This document shows positions 55,073-64,000 of a stretch of DNA of 64,000 nucleotides, piece after piece; the first letter of the stretch is position 1; the number at the start of each line of letters is the position of its first letter. The DNA comes from a virus (lineage: Duplodnaviria; Caudoviricetes). Made by a program: the position numbers and the translations under genes. The notes under the pieces are model-generated. The model worked only from the letters and a program-made list of their open reading frames with translations, ran no database searches and was not told where the DNA came from. The stretch covers positions 32,001 through 96,000 of IMG/VR virus record IMGVR_UViG_3300029288_000107; one strand, given 5' to 3'.

Positions 55073-56440
55073 GTGTACTACGGGCCAGCAGCGGCGTGCA
55101 TCATCGTGAGCCCCAACATGGATCGGCAGTGGGCGCTGCACGCGGCGGCGACCCCGTTGCCGGACTCCAAAACCTACAAGGTCTACCCGTACCTCACCGG
55201 GGTTACTGTGACCATCAACAGGGATCTGGTTTCTGCGCTCCAGATCACGGTCGACGCGCCCTTCGAGGAGGGCATCAAGATGCTGAGCGAGGACGCGGGG
55301 GGATCCTCTCCGTTCAACACGAACAACCTCATCAAGGTGCGCATCGGCTACGGCGAGATGAATCTGTGGACGCCGTGGTACTACGGGCAGCTCAACGCGG
55401 GCGGGGACGGCCTGACCATCGGGCCGGAAGGCGTGAGCGGCACGGTGAGCGCGCAGATGCGGAACTGGCAGAGCGGTTATGTGCTGGAGAACGAGTCGTC
55501 CTCGGCGGCGACGGCCAAGGAGTTGCTCCAGCAGATCGCGGATTCCATCGGGATGACGCTCAAGATCGAGCCGATGGCGTTGGCGATCCTGGACGATGCG
55601 GCGACGCTCATGAAGGGTCAGACGATCGAGGCGTTGTTCGGGAAGACGACGTTAGAGGGGTTGCAGGCGATTTGTCGGGCGAACGGATTGTACTGCACGG
55701 CGAGTTACAAGTACGACGGTGCGCCGGATACGCTGCGGATCGCAAGCAACGTGGACGTGAGCAAGGGCGGCACCATGGCCGGAAAGCCGCGGAACAAGTA
55801 TGTGATGCGCGGGCTTTTCCAGCCGAACGATCATCAGTACCCCATCCTGAGCTGGGGGCCGGATCCGGGGATGGCGTCGTGGTTCGGAACGACGGCGCGC
55901 GGCGGCAACGCTGGCGTTGGCGTGCGGAGCGTCAACAAGTACACGGGAAATCCGGTGGAGCTGGACGCGAATCCGTACGACAACCCGTCTCCGTTGGCGG
56001 TTGGGAAGACGCCGCACAAGAACAAGGCGCAGAATCGGAGCCACAAGGGGAAGAAACTGGACGTGGAGACGAAGCCGGGCCAGGCGACGCCGGAGTTGTA
56101 CTCCGTGCCGACGAGCGCGAAGGACGACGGGCAGGCCAAGGAGGACATGAAGCAGCAGGGCACGGCCAAGCAGACAGCCGGGATGCAGGCGCAGCAGGCC
56201 ACGCTCAAGTCGTTGGGGGTGCCCGACCAGGACGTGCTGGAGCTGATCGACGTGTACGGTCTCAGCCCGCGCTACGACGGGCCCTACGAGGTGATGGAGG
56301 TCACGCACACGTTCGCGCCGGGCAGCTACGAGATGGACATGAAGCTGCTTCGGATGGGCACGTTGGCTTCGGACGAGCCGGAGCAGAAGGGGACGGCCGG
56401 GGGCGTGGTGCCGCCGAGTCCGAGCTACTACGGGACCTAG
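55073..56440 (+). CDS. baseplate hub (gp27/gpD-like)
   Basis: IKVRIGYG; G.P...I.V.GL..RYDG.Y.V.EVTH. Confidence 0.85.
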   Translation: MYYGPAAACIIVSPNMDRQWALHAAATPLPDSKTYKVYPYLTGVTVTINRDLVSALQITVDAPFEEGIKMLSEDAGGSSPFNTNNLIKVRIGYGEMNLWTPWYYGQLNAGGDGLTIGPEGVSGTVSAQMRNWQSGYVLENESSSAATAKELLQQIADSIGMTLKIEPMALAILDDAATLMKGQTIEALFGKTTLEGLQAICRANGLYCTASYKYDGAPDTLRIASNVDVSKGGTMAGKPRNKYVMRGLFQPNDHQYPILSWGPDPGMASWFGTTARGGNAGVGVRSVNKYTGNPVELDANPYDNPSPLAVGKTPHKNKAQNRSHKGKKLDVETKPGQATPELYSVPTSAKDDGQAKEDMKQQGTAKQTAGMQAQQATLKSLGVPDQDVLELIDVYGLSPRYDGPYEVMEVTHTFAPGSYEMDMKLLRMGTLASDEPEQKGTAGGVVPPSPSYYGT

Positions 56441-57400
56441 ATGCCAGCGTTCAACCGTGACGACGCCTTCCTTGCTCGCAACCCCATTGCGTGGCTGCGC
56501 CAGGTCCTCAGCGACTGGGGGCTGGAGTCGTTCTGCAAGCGGTACTACGGCACCTACCCGGGCGTGGTGGTGGACAACGCGGACCCGGAGGGGCTGTACC
56601 GCATCAGGGCCCTATGCCCGGCCATCGGGTTGAACAAGTCGGAGGGCGTGCCGGAGAACTACTGGGCGTGGCCGTGCCTGCCCGGGTTAGGGAACGATCA
56701 GGACGGGTTGTCGGGTGGGGACGTGTGGGTGCCAGACGTCGGCAGCAACGTGTGGCTCCAGTTTGAGGGGGGCAGCCCGAAGAGCCCCATCTACATGGGG
56801 GGATGGGTCAACGTCAAGAAGGCCATGCCGGAGCTGGACCACGCGGCGGCGCTGCGCAAGGGCATCCGCACGCGCAGCGGGCACTTCCTGCGCTTCAGCG
56901 ACGATCCGGCCGACCTGCACATCACGATCGGCAAGGGGGACGGGGCGGGGTCGCAGACGGCCTCGTTTCTGACGTTCGACAAGGACGGCAACGTCGCCAT
57001 CAGCAACGACAAGGGCTCCCTGCTCTACATGAACGCGCAGGATGACGAGGTCAGCGTCGTCACGGCCAATGCGGACGGCGAGACGGAGAGCATAGTCATG
57101 CTGGGCAAGGACGAGGTCACGCTGGCCACGAAGGGCGGCGCCACGTTCGGCATGAAGGGGAAGGACATCACGATCAACGGGGGCAATATCATCCTCAACG
57201 GGACCATGGTGCACCTGGCAACGAAGCAGATCTACCTGGGCAAGAACGCGACGGAGCCCGCGGTGCTGGGCAACAAGCTGGCGCTGAACATGGCGTTGCA
57301 GATACACGGGACCGCGGCGCCGGGCTCGCCGACGACGCCGCCGACGACGCCACCGCCGCTGCTGGGCAAGGAACTGTCCACGGTCGTGTTCATCGAGTAG
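56441..57400 (+). CDS. baseplate spike (gpV/gp5 OB-fold)
   Basis: YYGTYPGVVVDN.DPE, WAWP, VP.VG..VW..FEGG, TRSGH. Confidence 0.92.
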   Translation: MPAFNRDDAFLARNPIAWLRQVLSDWGLESFCKRYYGTYPGVVVDNADPEGLYRIRALCPAIGLNKSEGVPENYWAWPCLPGLGNDQDGLSGGDVWVPDVGSNVWLQFEGGSPKSPIYMGGWVNVKKAMPELDHAAALRKGIRTRSGHFLRFSDDPADLHITIGKGDGAGSQTASFLTFDKDGNVAISNDKGSLLYMNAQDDEVSVVTANADGETESIVMLGKDEVTLATKGGATFGMKGKDITINGGNIILNGTMVHLATKQIYLGKNATEPAVLGNKLALNMALQIHGTAAPGSPTTPPTTPPPLLGKELSTVVFIE

Positions 57401-57409
57401 GGGGACGAC

Positions 57410-57763
57410 GTGTCGAAGTGCAAGATTCCAGCGCTGCCCATCCCGAAGCTGACGATACCGGTTCCGGGGATCCCCTTTTCGATTCCGAAGCCGCCGGGGT
57501 TGCCGAAGGTCCCGAAGTTGCCGGGATACGGGATCGCGTTGAAGCTGCCGGTGCCGAAGCTGACAATCCCAGTGCCCGGGATACCGTTCTCGATTCCGAA
57601 GCCGCCGAGTCTGCCGAAGGTTCCGAAGTTGCCGAGTTACGGGATCGCGCTGAAGTTGCCGGTGCCGAAGTTCACGATTCCGGTCCCGGGGATACCGTTC
57701 TCGATTCCGAAACCGCCAGCGCTTCCGGGCATCCCGGGAGTTCCGGCGTGCCCGTTGGACTGA
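57410..57763 (+). CDS. Pro/Lys-rich tandem-repeat protein
   Basis: 37-aa (111-nt) unit, about 2.7 copies; Cys near both ends, C-terminus CPLD. Confidence 0.75.
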   Translation: MSKCKIPALPIPKLTIPVPGIPFSIPKPPGLPKVPKLPGYGIALKLPVPKLTIPVPGIPFSIPKPPSLPKVPKLPSYGIALKLPVPKFTIPVPGIPFSIPKPPALPGIPGVPACPLD

Positions 57764-57768
57764 TCTGC

Positions 57769-57780
57769 GCACGCGCGTGC
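57769..57780. repeat. palindrome copy 15 (intergenic)
   Basis: extends to a 16-mer. Confidence 0.9.
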
Positions 57781-57794
57781 GCGGGAGGTGAGTA

Positions 57795-58184
57795 GTGGCG
57801 ACGACATTGAAGGGAATCAAGTTCCCGTTCCAGTTGGGGACGACCGGATTCCCGGCCATGAGCGAGGGGAACGTCGTGGTGAGCGACCAGGTGCGCGTAT
57901 TGTTCACGACGGGCAAGGGGGAGCGCGTCATGCGGCCTACGTTGGGCGTGGAGGCGCTGGAGATGATCTTCGGGGACATCAGCCCCATCACGAAGGCGCG
58001 GATCGCGGCGGATGCCGTGCGGGCCTTCCGGGATTGGGTGCTGCTCGCGGTGGTCCGCGCGGTTGACGTGTACGAGGGAACGACTGAAAATGACGACACG
58101 ACGTTGTACGCGGACATCGAGTACAGCATCGCGGGCCAGATCGAGAGCCAGCAGGTGCCGATGGCGACGGCGAATCAGGGATGA
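57795..58184 (+). CDS. baseplate wedge protein, gp25/W-like
   Basis: GIKFPF, T.KGERVMRP.LG. Confidence 0.92.
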   Translation: MATTLKGIKFPFQLGTTGFPAMSEGNVVVSDQVRVLFTTGKGERVMRPTLGVEALEMIFGDISPITKARIAADAVRAFRDWVLLAVVRAVDVYEGTTENDDTTLYADIEYSIAGQIESQQVPMATANQG

Positions 58185-58190
58185 GTATAA

Positions 58191-60356
58191 ATGGCGCGTG
58201 AACCACTGGTACAGGACCGGCAGCCGCTGAACGAAGTCAAGTTCGCGGGGCGGGACTTCGGGTCGATCTTCGACGCGCTGATGCGGCGCCTCAAGATCCA
58301 GTACGCCGACATCTACAACGACTACGCCGAGTCGAGCGTGGGCATCATGCTGGTGGATCTCTGTGCGCACGCGGCGGCGCAGATCTGCTGGACGCTGGAC
58401 CGCATCGCGAGCGACTGCTACCTCGCCACGGTTCGCACGCCGACCCCGGCGAGCTGGCTGTCCCGCATGGTCGGCTACAAGATGACGCCCGCGGCGGCGG
58501 CGGGGGCGGACCTCACGTTGAGCTTCGATAGCATCCCGGGTCCGGCGACCATGGGTACGGGGTGGCGCTTCATGGGGCCCGAGTCCATCCAGTACGAGCT
58601 GGTGGCGGACCTAGCGCTGGTAGTGTCCGGAGTGCCCGTGACTTACACGGCCAGCGTGCGACAGGGCGAGACGCGCAACCTCAGCTACGTGGGCGACGGC
58701 ACGTTGTTTCAGCAGTACACGCTGGAGTACGCGGGCGCCGACGAGTACATCGCGGACGGCAGCGTGCGTGTCTGGGTGGACGGCGCCGAGTGGACGGAGG
58801 AGACATTCCTCGCCTACGAGGCCACGGACCAGTTCGAGGTGGACTATTTGGCGGAGCCGCCCTACGTGCGCTTCGGCGACGGCAAGGCGGGCAACGTGCC
58901 CAACGACGGCGCCGACATCCGCATCGAGTTCGTGAAGATCGTGGGGGCCAAGGGCAACGTCAAGGCGGACACCATCACGACCAGCCTCGACACGCTGACC
59001 ATCGGGGGCGTGCCGGTGCCGTTCACGGTGACCAACGCGCTGCCCGCGCGGAGCGGCATGGATGCGGAGACGGTGGACCACGCGCGCCGCACGGCGCCCT
59101 ACGCCTTCGCGGCGCGGGGCGGGGCCATCACCCTCACGGACTACCAGGCGCAGGCCAACGGCTACGTGGACGCGCTGTACGGGGCCGTGGCCAAGGCGTA
59201 CGCGTACAGCCCGCACACGGCCTACGCCGACATTGTGTTCAACGGCTACGTGGCGCAGATCGGGCTGTACCTGGACGACTTCGACCTCGCCATCGCGGCG
59301 GTGCAGGCGGCGTGGGCGGCCGATCTGGTGACGATCAACGCGCAGGTCACGGCCATCGACGACGCCTACACGAACATGGAGGCGGAGCGGGCCGCAGCGG
59401 TGGCGGCGGTGGCGGCCATCGTGGCGACCTGCGAGTCGGCCAACGGCACGTTGCTGGTCAACGACGGCAGCTACAGCTCGTTGGGCACGGCCTACACGGC
59501 CCACACGGGGGCGTCGGCCTCGCTGCTGGCCTACCTTGCGACGGTACTGTCTCCAGCCGAACTGGTCATCGCGACGGGCTACATCACCACTATGGACGCG
59601 AGCGCGGACACGATGAAGGCAGCGGCGGACGCCATCAGCGGCAACGACGCGGCGGCGCGCGCCATGATCACGGGTACCATCCAGATGCAGAACGCGGCGC
59701 TGGATGCCATCGTGGAGGATACGACTGGCACGTGGGAGGTGGAGCTGGCGGCGCAGGCGGCGGCAGTGGCGGCGCTCGCCGTGCCGATCGCAAACGTAAC
59801 GGCACAGATCGCAGCGGCCGACGTGCTGGCGACCGATCTCAACGCGGACATCACGGCGCAGACCACGCAGATGCAGTTGCGGGTGGGCGAGCTGTTCGAC
59901 GCCAGCTGCCGGGCCAACATCGTGCAGGTGCCCATCCTGTCGGTGGACGCCAACGGGGACTACATCGCGCCGCCCAGCGGCCTCATGGCGAGCCTCCAGA
60001 CCCACCTCGACGGCCTCAAGGAGGTCACGCAGCAGGTGGAGGTGCTGGACGGCACGCCGGGGCTGTTGGACACGGACATCACGATTCGAACGCGGGTGTC
60101 GGACGGCTACGTGGTGGCCGAGGTGCTGAGCGCCATCGACGCCACGGTGCGCGGAATCATGCGGGGGCGGGAGTTCGCGGCGCCGCTCTACCTGTCCTAC
60201 CTGTACCAGATGGTCCGCGCCTGCTCGGCGGGGGTGGAGTACTGCACGATTACGATCTTGACGGACCCGTTGGCGTACACCATCGGGGGGAACGCCATCC
60301 CGGAGGCGACACAGATCCTCGTGCTGCGCACGTTGGATAACCAGGAGGCGCCGTAG
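58191..60356 (+). CDS. baseplate wedge protein, gp6/J-like, with Ala-rich insertion
   Basis: RDF.SI, E.SVG.ML, RFGDG..G.VP, G..GNV, AITL.DY. Confidence 0.9.
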   Translation: MAREPLVQDRQPLNEVKFAGRDFGSIFDALMRRLKIQYADIYNDYAESSVGIMLVDLCAHAAAQICWTLDRIASDCYLATVRTPTPASWLSRMVGYKMTPAAAAGADLTLSFDSIPGPATMGTGWRFMGPESIQYELVADLALVVSGVPVTYTASVRQGETRNLSYVGDGTLFQQYTLEYAGADEYIADGSVRVWVDGAEWTEETFLAYEATDQFEVDYLAEPPYVRFGDGKAGNVPNDGADIRIEFVKIVGAKGNVKADTITTSLDTLTIGGVPVPFTVTNALPARSGMDAETVDHARRTAPYAFAARGGAITLTDYQAQANGYVDALYGAVAKAYAYSPHTAYADIVFNGYVAQIGLYLDDFDLAIAAVQAAWAADLVTINAQVTAIDDAYTNMEAERAAAVAAVAAIVATCESANGTLLVNDGSYSSLGTAYTAHTGASASLLAYLATVLSPAELVIATGYITTMDASADTMKAAADAISGNDAAARAMITGTIQMQNAALDAIVEDTTGTWEVELAAQAAAVAALAVPIANVTAQIAAADVLATDLNADITAQTTQMQLRVGELFDASCRANIVQVPILSVDANGDYIAPPSGLMASLQTHLDGLKEVTQQVEVLDGTPGLLDTDITIRTRVSDGYVVAEVLSAIDATVRGIMRGREFAAPLYLSYLYQMVRACSAGVEYCTITILTDPLAYTIGGNAIPEATQILVLRTLDNQEAP

Positions 60357-60964
60357 TGGCAACGCGTGAGACGAGCCGGTTCAACATCCCGTACCCGGGG
60401 TACGACGACCAGGGGAACTGGGATTCTAAGTTCGTGAGCATGATCACGCAGGTGGACGCCACGCTGTTCGCGCTCATGGAGCACGTGCAGTTGACGTTCC
60501 AAGCGTTGCCCAGCGTCACGAACAACGCTGGGACGAACGAGATGGATCAGGCCACGGATCTGATCTTCATGTCGCGCACGTTCGGGTGCACGATCACGGT
60601 GGCAGCGGGTAGCGTGCCGTTGGTGCCGCAGCACCTCATCGGCATCCAGGTGCCGTCCGGGATCACGGCCAACGCGACGGCCGTGTGGGAAGTGGTGGGG
60701 GTCGCGGACATCGACGCTGACTTCCTCGTGCTGGGCTACATCGACGCGACCTTCAACATCTACTGGTGGAACGCGGCCGTGCTGTCGGTGGGGGACACGT
60801 CGCGGCTGTTCTCGCACGTGACGGTCGGAACGCTGGGGTTCATGGTTGGGGCGGGGAACCCGAACGGGATCGTGGTGGCGCCAGCGGGAACGAGCTACTA
60901 CGACAACGTGGCGCTGGTGATCTACATGAACGTCGACAGCATCTCGACGTGGGTGCTTCTGTGA
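60356..60964 (+). CDS. tail/baseplate structural protein
   Basis: IPYP...W N-terminus; GAGNPNG.V.AP.G..Y C-terminal motif. Confidence 0.65.
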   Translation: MATRETSRFNIPYPGYDDQGNWDSKFVSMITQVDATLFALMEHVQLTFQALPSVTNNAGTNEMDQATDLIFMSRTFGCTITVAAGSVPLVPQHLIGIQVPSGITANATAVWEVVGVADIDADFLVLGYIDATFNIYWWNAAVLSVGDTSRLFSHVTVGTLGFMVGAGNPNGIVVAPAGTSYYDNVALVIYMNVDSISTWVLL

Positions 60965-60972
60965 GGTAACGC

Positions 60973-63900
60973 ATGGCGTTTCAAATACCGATCAATTCGC
61001 ACAACTTCACGGGGCTGCACGCCGGGGATGCGGCGGCGACAACGTGGATTCAGACGAACCATTGGGACACCTCCTACGATGGGTTGGGAACACCGCAGGA
61101 GAGCGCGTGGTACTGGGACACGGTGACCGGATTCGAGAAGGTGTGGGACGGCGCCATGTGGGTGGTGCGGGGGGCGGTGTCGGGGACCACGCTGGACATG
61201 GCCTACGACGGCGGAGGTGCCGGGCTCGGGCGGTCGATTACGGCGGACAGCGGGGCGGTGGACATCTCCGTACCGATTGCGGTGAACGGCACGGCGTTGG
61301 CAGTGCACCAACTCAACCCGGCGGCGACGGTGGACGTGTTCACCGTGGAGAACCTCGGTGCGAGCGGGGCGAGTATCGGGTTGACAGGCACGCGGCGGTG
61401 GATCGAGTCGGACGCGGGAGACGCGACGTTCGGGCTGGTGGCGAACGATGCGAACACGTACACGCTGCACTTGTCGGCGGTCAACACTGGGGCCGGGATC
61501 GCGAAGATTGGAATTGGCGCTGACGACGATGTCGACATCACCTCGGACACTGGTTGTGTAACGATTCACGGGTACGATACCGGAACCGTCGGCGTAGAAA
61601 TCGAGGCGGTGGCTGGAGGCGGGTCCGTCAACATCGGCGCGGTGAATCTCCCGAACCAGCTCAACCTCGGGACGGGTGGAATTCGAACGGTCGTGCTCGG
61701 CAGCGTTACGGGAGCGGCCATTACCACGCTTCGCAGTGGCACCGGAGCGTTTACGGTGACGGCTGGTGGGACCTTCGACGTCAACGTGACCGGGGCAGTC
61801 ACCATCGACGCGGCCGGGGCGAGCGGTATCACGATTGGCGGGGACGCGAACACCGGGGCCATCGGGGTTGGGAACAGCGCGTCGGCGCGGTCCGTGACGG
61901 TGGGCAGTACGAACACGACGTCGGCGCTGGCGTTGCAGGCGGGCACGGGGTTCATCTCGTTCGCGGACGGCTACAAGGCGGCTGGCGGGTACGCGGGGGC
62001 TCTGTACCTGGCGCTGAACGCGGCGGAGTACACTTCGTTTGAGGCAAACTTCGGCGAGGTGTCGTTGCTGAACGCGATCAACCAGTGTGCGACGTCGGCG
62101 GTGACGCTCGACGAGGCGTACAACGCGAGTGGTGGTGCGAGCGCGATCACGGTGGACGCGGGGGACGTGACGTGGGCGCTGACCGGGGCGTACTCGTTCG
62201 TGGTGGATCTGACGGCGGCGACTGGCACGGCGGATGGGTTCCACGTCGAGGACGGGACGGACTATTTCCGGCTGAATCACACGGCGGCAAACTCGCTCGC
62301 ACTGTCGTCCGAATTCACGTCCGTGGGGATCAACACGTCCGAGGGCGTCACGATCCGTGCCAATCACGCCTCCGAATTCCGCGTGACGTCGAACAACCTC
62401 ACGCTGTCGACCGTGACGAGTGGCACGCTCGCGGTAACGAGTGCGGCGACCCTCGACCTAAACGCGGTCGCCGCGACGCTCGACGCCTCCGGTGGATACT
62501 CGATCGACGGTTCCGGAGCATCTTGCAATGTCTCGGCTACGGGACAGGCGCTCACCGTCTCGACGCTTTCCAGCGGGACGCTCGGAGTGCAAGCGGTAGC
62601 TCTTCTCGACATCGATGCGGGGGCGAATCTCGACTGTGACATCACCGGGACGATCGACATCGACGCAAGCGGGGCCGTAACGATCGACTCGACGGGAGGA
62701 TCGATTAGCGTCGGCGGTGGAGCGGACGCTCAGGCGATCAGCATCGGCACGGGCGCGGCGGCTCGCACCATCACGATCGGCAACGGGACGACGACAACGG
62801 GCATTTCTTTGCGCTCTGGCAGCGGTGGGGTTGACGTCTGGCGCGGTGGAAACCTGACGCAGACGACGGACCTGTTTAGCATCACGAATACGTGCAACGC
62901 GGCTTCAATGACTGCCACGGGAACCGGACTGCTGTGGAATCAGTGGTACTACGACGTAGCGACTCCTGCGCTTGCGGACAGTGGACGGATCGCAGTTATC
63001 ACAGAGGGCAACTGGACGAGCGACGCTGCGACACACGATGCCGCCATGTCGTTCCAAGTGGCGCTTAATGGGACGCTCACGGAACGGCTTGCGCTGTCGT
63101 CGGCGGGCGTTCTCAGTGGTCCCACGAGCATCGGCGTCACCGGGACTCGGATTGCCGCCGGGTTCTTCACCGATCTCACCGTGACGAACGCGATCACGGG
63201 CAGCATCACGGGCAACGCGGCGACGGTGACGGTTGCCGACACCGTGAGCGCGACTTGCTACGTCGGCCTGTACGAGGCGGCGAGCGGATCGCTTGCGGGG
63301 AAGACCGACGCCGCGCTCACGTACAACGCGAGCACGGGGGCGTTGGCGGCGACGTCTCTCGGAGTAACGGGCGCTGTCACTGGCGCGACGTCAACGTGGA
63401 CGACTGCGGGAACGGCGAAAGCCTTCACAGACATGCTGACGTTGACGAACACCGGCAACGCGGTGGACATGGACGGCACTGGCGTCGGGATTTTGTGGAA
63501 CCTCTACTACTACGACGCCGCGACTCCCGCTGTTTGGGACGCCGGTCGGATCGTCGTGGCGGCAGAGCAGGACGCTACAAGCACGGCGAGCACGCAGGAC
63601 TCGTACATGGCGTTATATACGTCGTTGGACGGGACGAATGCGGAGCGCTTGCGGGTGACGAGCGCTGGGCACGTGGGAGTCAATGACGTCGCGCCAACCT
63701 CTTATCTGTCGATCATCGCCGAAGGCGTTAGTAACTGCCTGAATGTGGCAGGTGGAACAGTCTCACACGGAGACAAACCCGCAATCGTTCGTCTCATCAA
63801 TGCAGCGACTACAATTTCGGCCGAGTCGCCGATCGGTAAAATCGAATTCTACTCATCGGACGCGAGCGGAGGAGGCGCGGGAGTCACATCCTATATATAT

Positions 63901-64000
63901 GGGATACAGCAAACGACGTCGCCGAACAACGGAGCATTGACATTCGGTACAGGCGCGACGACAGCCGCAGAGAGGTTGCGCCTAGACGTACTTGGCAATC
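60973..64000 (+). CDS. tail fibre protein, truncated by the window end (not in ORF track)
   Basis: GAGG RBS; MAFQIPIN start; Gly/Thr/Ala-rich frame still open at 64000; ERLR.T..G repeats. Confidence 0.85.
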   Translation, partial: MAFQIPINSHNFTGLHAGDAAATTWIQTNHWDTSYDGLGTPQESAWYWDTVTGFEKVWDGAMWVVRGAVSGTTLDMAYDGGGAGLGRSITADSGAVDISVPIAVNGTALAVHQLNPAATVDVFTVENLGASGASIGLTGTRRWIESDAGDATFGLVANDANTYTLHLSAVNTGAGIAKIGIGADDDVDITSDTGCVTIHGYDTGTVGVEIEAVAGGGSVNIGAVNLPNQLNLGTGGIRTVVLGSVTGAAITTLRSGTGAFTVTAGGTFDVNVTGAVTIDAAGASGITIGGDANTGAIGVGNSASARSVTVGSTNTTSALALQAGTGFISFADGYKAAGGYAGALYLALNAAEYTSFEANFGEVSLLNAINQCATSAVTLDEAYNASGGASAITVDAGDVTWALTGAYSFVVDLTAATGTADGFHVEDGTDYFRLNHTAANSLALSSEFTSVGINTSEGVTIRANHASEFRVTSNNLTLSTVTSGTLAVTSAATLDLNAVAATLDASGGYSIDGSGASCNVSATGQALTVSTLSSGTLGVQAVALLDIDAGANLDCDITGTIDIDASGAVTIDSTGGSISVGGGADAQAISIGTGAAARTITIGNGTTTTGISLRSGSGGVDVWRGGNLTQTTDLFSITNTCNAASMTATGTGLLWNQWYYDVATPALADSGRIAVITEGNWTSDAATHDAAMSFQVALNGTLTERLALSSAGVLSGPTSIGVTGTRIAAGFFTDLTVTNAITGSITGNAATVTVADTVSATCYVGLYEAASGSLAGKTDAALTYNASTGALAATSLGVTGAVTGATSTWTTAGTAKAFTDMLTLTNTGNAVDMDGTGVGILWNLYYYDAATPAVWDAGRIVVAAEQDATSTASTQDSYMALYTSLDGTNAERLRVTSAGHVGVNDVAPTSYLSIIAEGVSNCLNVAGGTVSHGDKPAIVRLINAATTISAESPIGKIEFYSSDASGGGAGVTSYIYGIQQTTSPNNGALTFGTGATTAAERLRLDVLGN

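Noticed and set aside
55066-56460. 464-aa ORF overlapping the baseplate hub
   Set aside because: Alternative frame; the hub motifs are in 55073-56440.
57410-57763. 111-nt tandem repeat as a CRISPR array
   Set aside because: No spacers; differences are mostly synonymous, so it is a coding repeat.
2993-57780. Palindrome copies as a CRISPR array, terminators or IS ends
   Set aside because: They are kilobases apart, lack U tracts and flanking duplications, and half lie inside intact genes.
8178-60362. Many long minus-strand and off-frame ORFs (e.g. 8178-10064, 20355-22331, 23572-25752, 29749-31839, 38927-40756, 58611-60362)
   Set aside because: Expected shadows in high-GC coding DNA; they overlap well-supported + strand genes and translate to Arg/Pro/His-rich sequence.
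1-64000. Genome-wide TAG recoding
   Set aside because: Portal, protease, capsid, sheath and tape measure genes end at TAG at sensible positions, and the long genes contain no internal TAG.
1-64000. Host assignment and prophage status
   Set aside because: No host genes, integrase or att site in the window; GC content alone cannot identify the host.

Overview
The window is a 64 kb segment of a large, GC-rich (about 70% by eye) contractile-tailed dsDNA phage or prophage. Almost every real gene is on the + strand. Positions 1-15.5 kb hold about 40 small, tightly coupled hypothetical genes, a PD-(D/E)XK nuclease, an SNF2 helicase, a DEDDh exonuclease and a TnpB insertion. Positions 15.5-32 kb are a T4-like head module: large terminase, gp20-like portal, core proteins, gp21-like protease-scaffold, gp23-like major capsid protein and neck proteins. 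Positions 35.5-64 kb are a myovirus/eCIS-like tail module: terminator, 1040-aa sheath, three tube paralogues, a frameshifting chaperone, tape measure, baseplate and a tail fibre running off the end. Accessory islands inside the structural operons carry a patatin, a metacaspase, other proteases, a broken methyltransferase, a tRNA and a second TnpB element. Main unexplained signals: (1) the alternating purine/pyrimidine palindrome GCACGCGCGTGC, 15 exact copies spaced every 2.4-6 kb and enriched just after stop codons; (2) about 10 unrelated proteins sharing an N-terminal leader that ends in a prohead-protease-type glutamate site, plus a modular polyprotein built from such units, suggesting a capsid-loaded cargo system; (3) a probable -1 frameshift in a head core gene; (4) a catalytically dead paralogue of the prohead protease among the early genes. 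All family calls come from motifs recognised by eye and from gene order; no database search was run.
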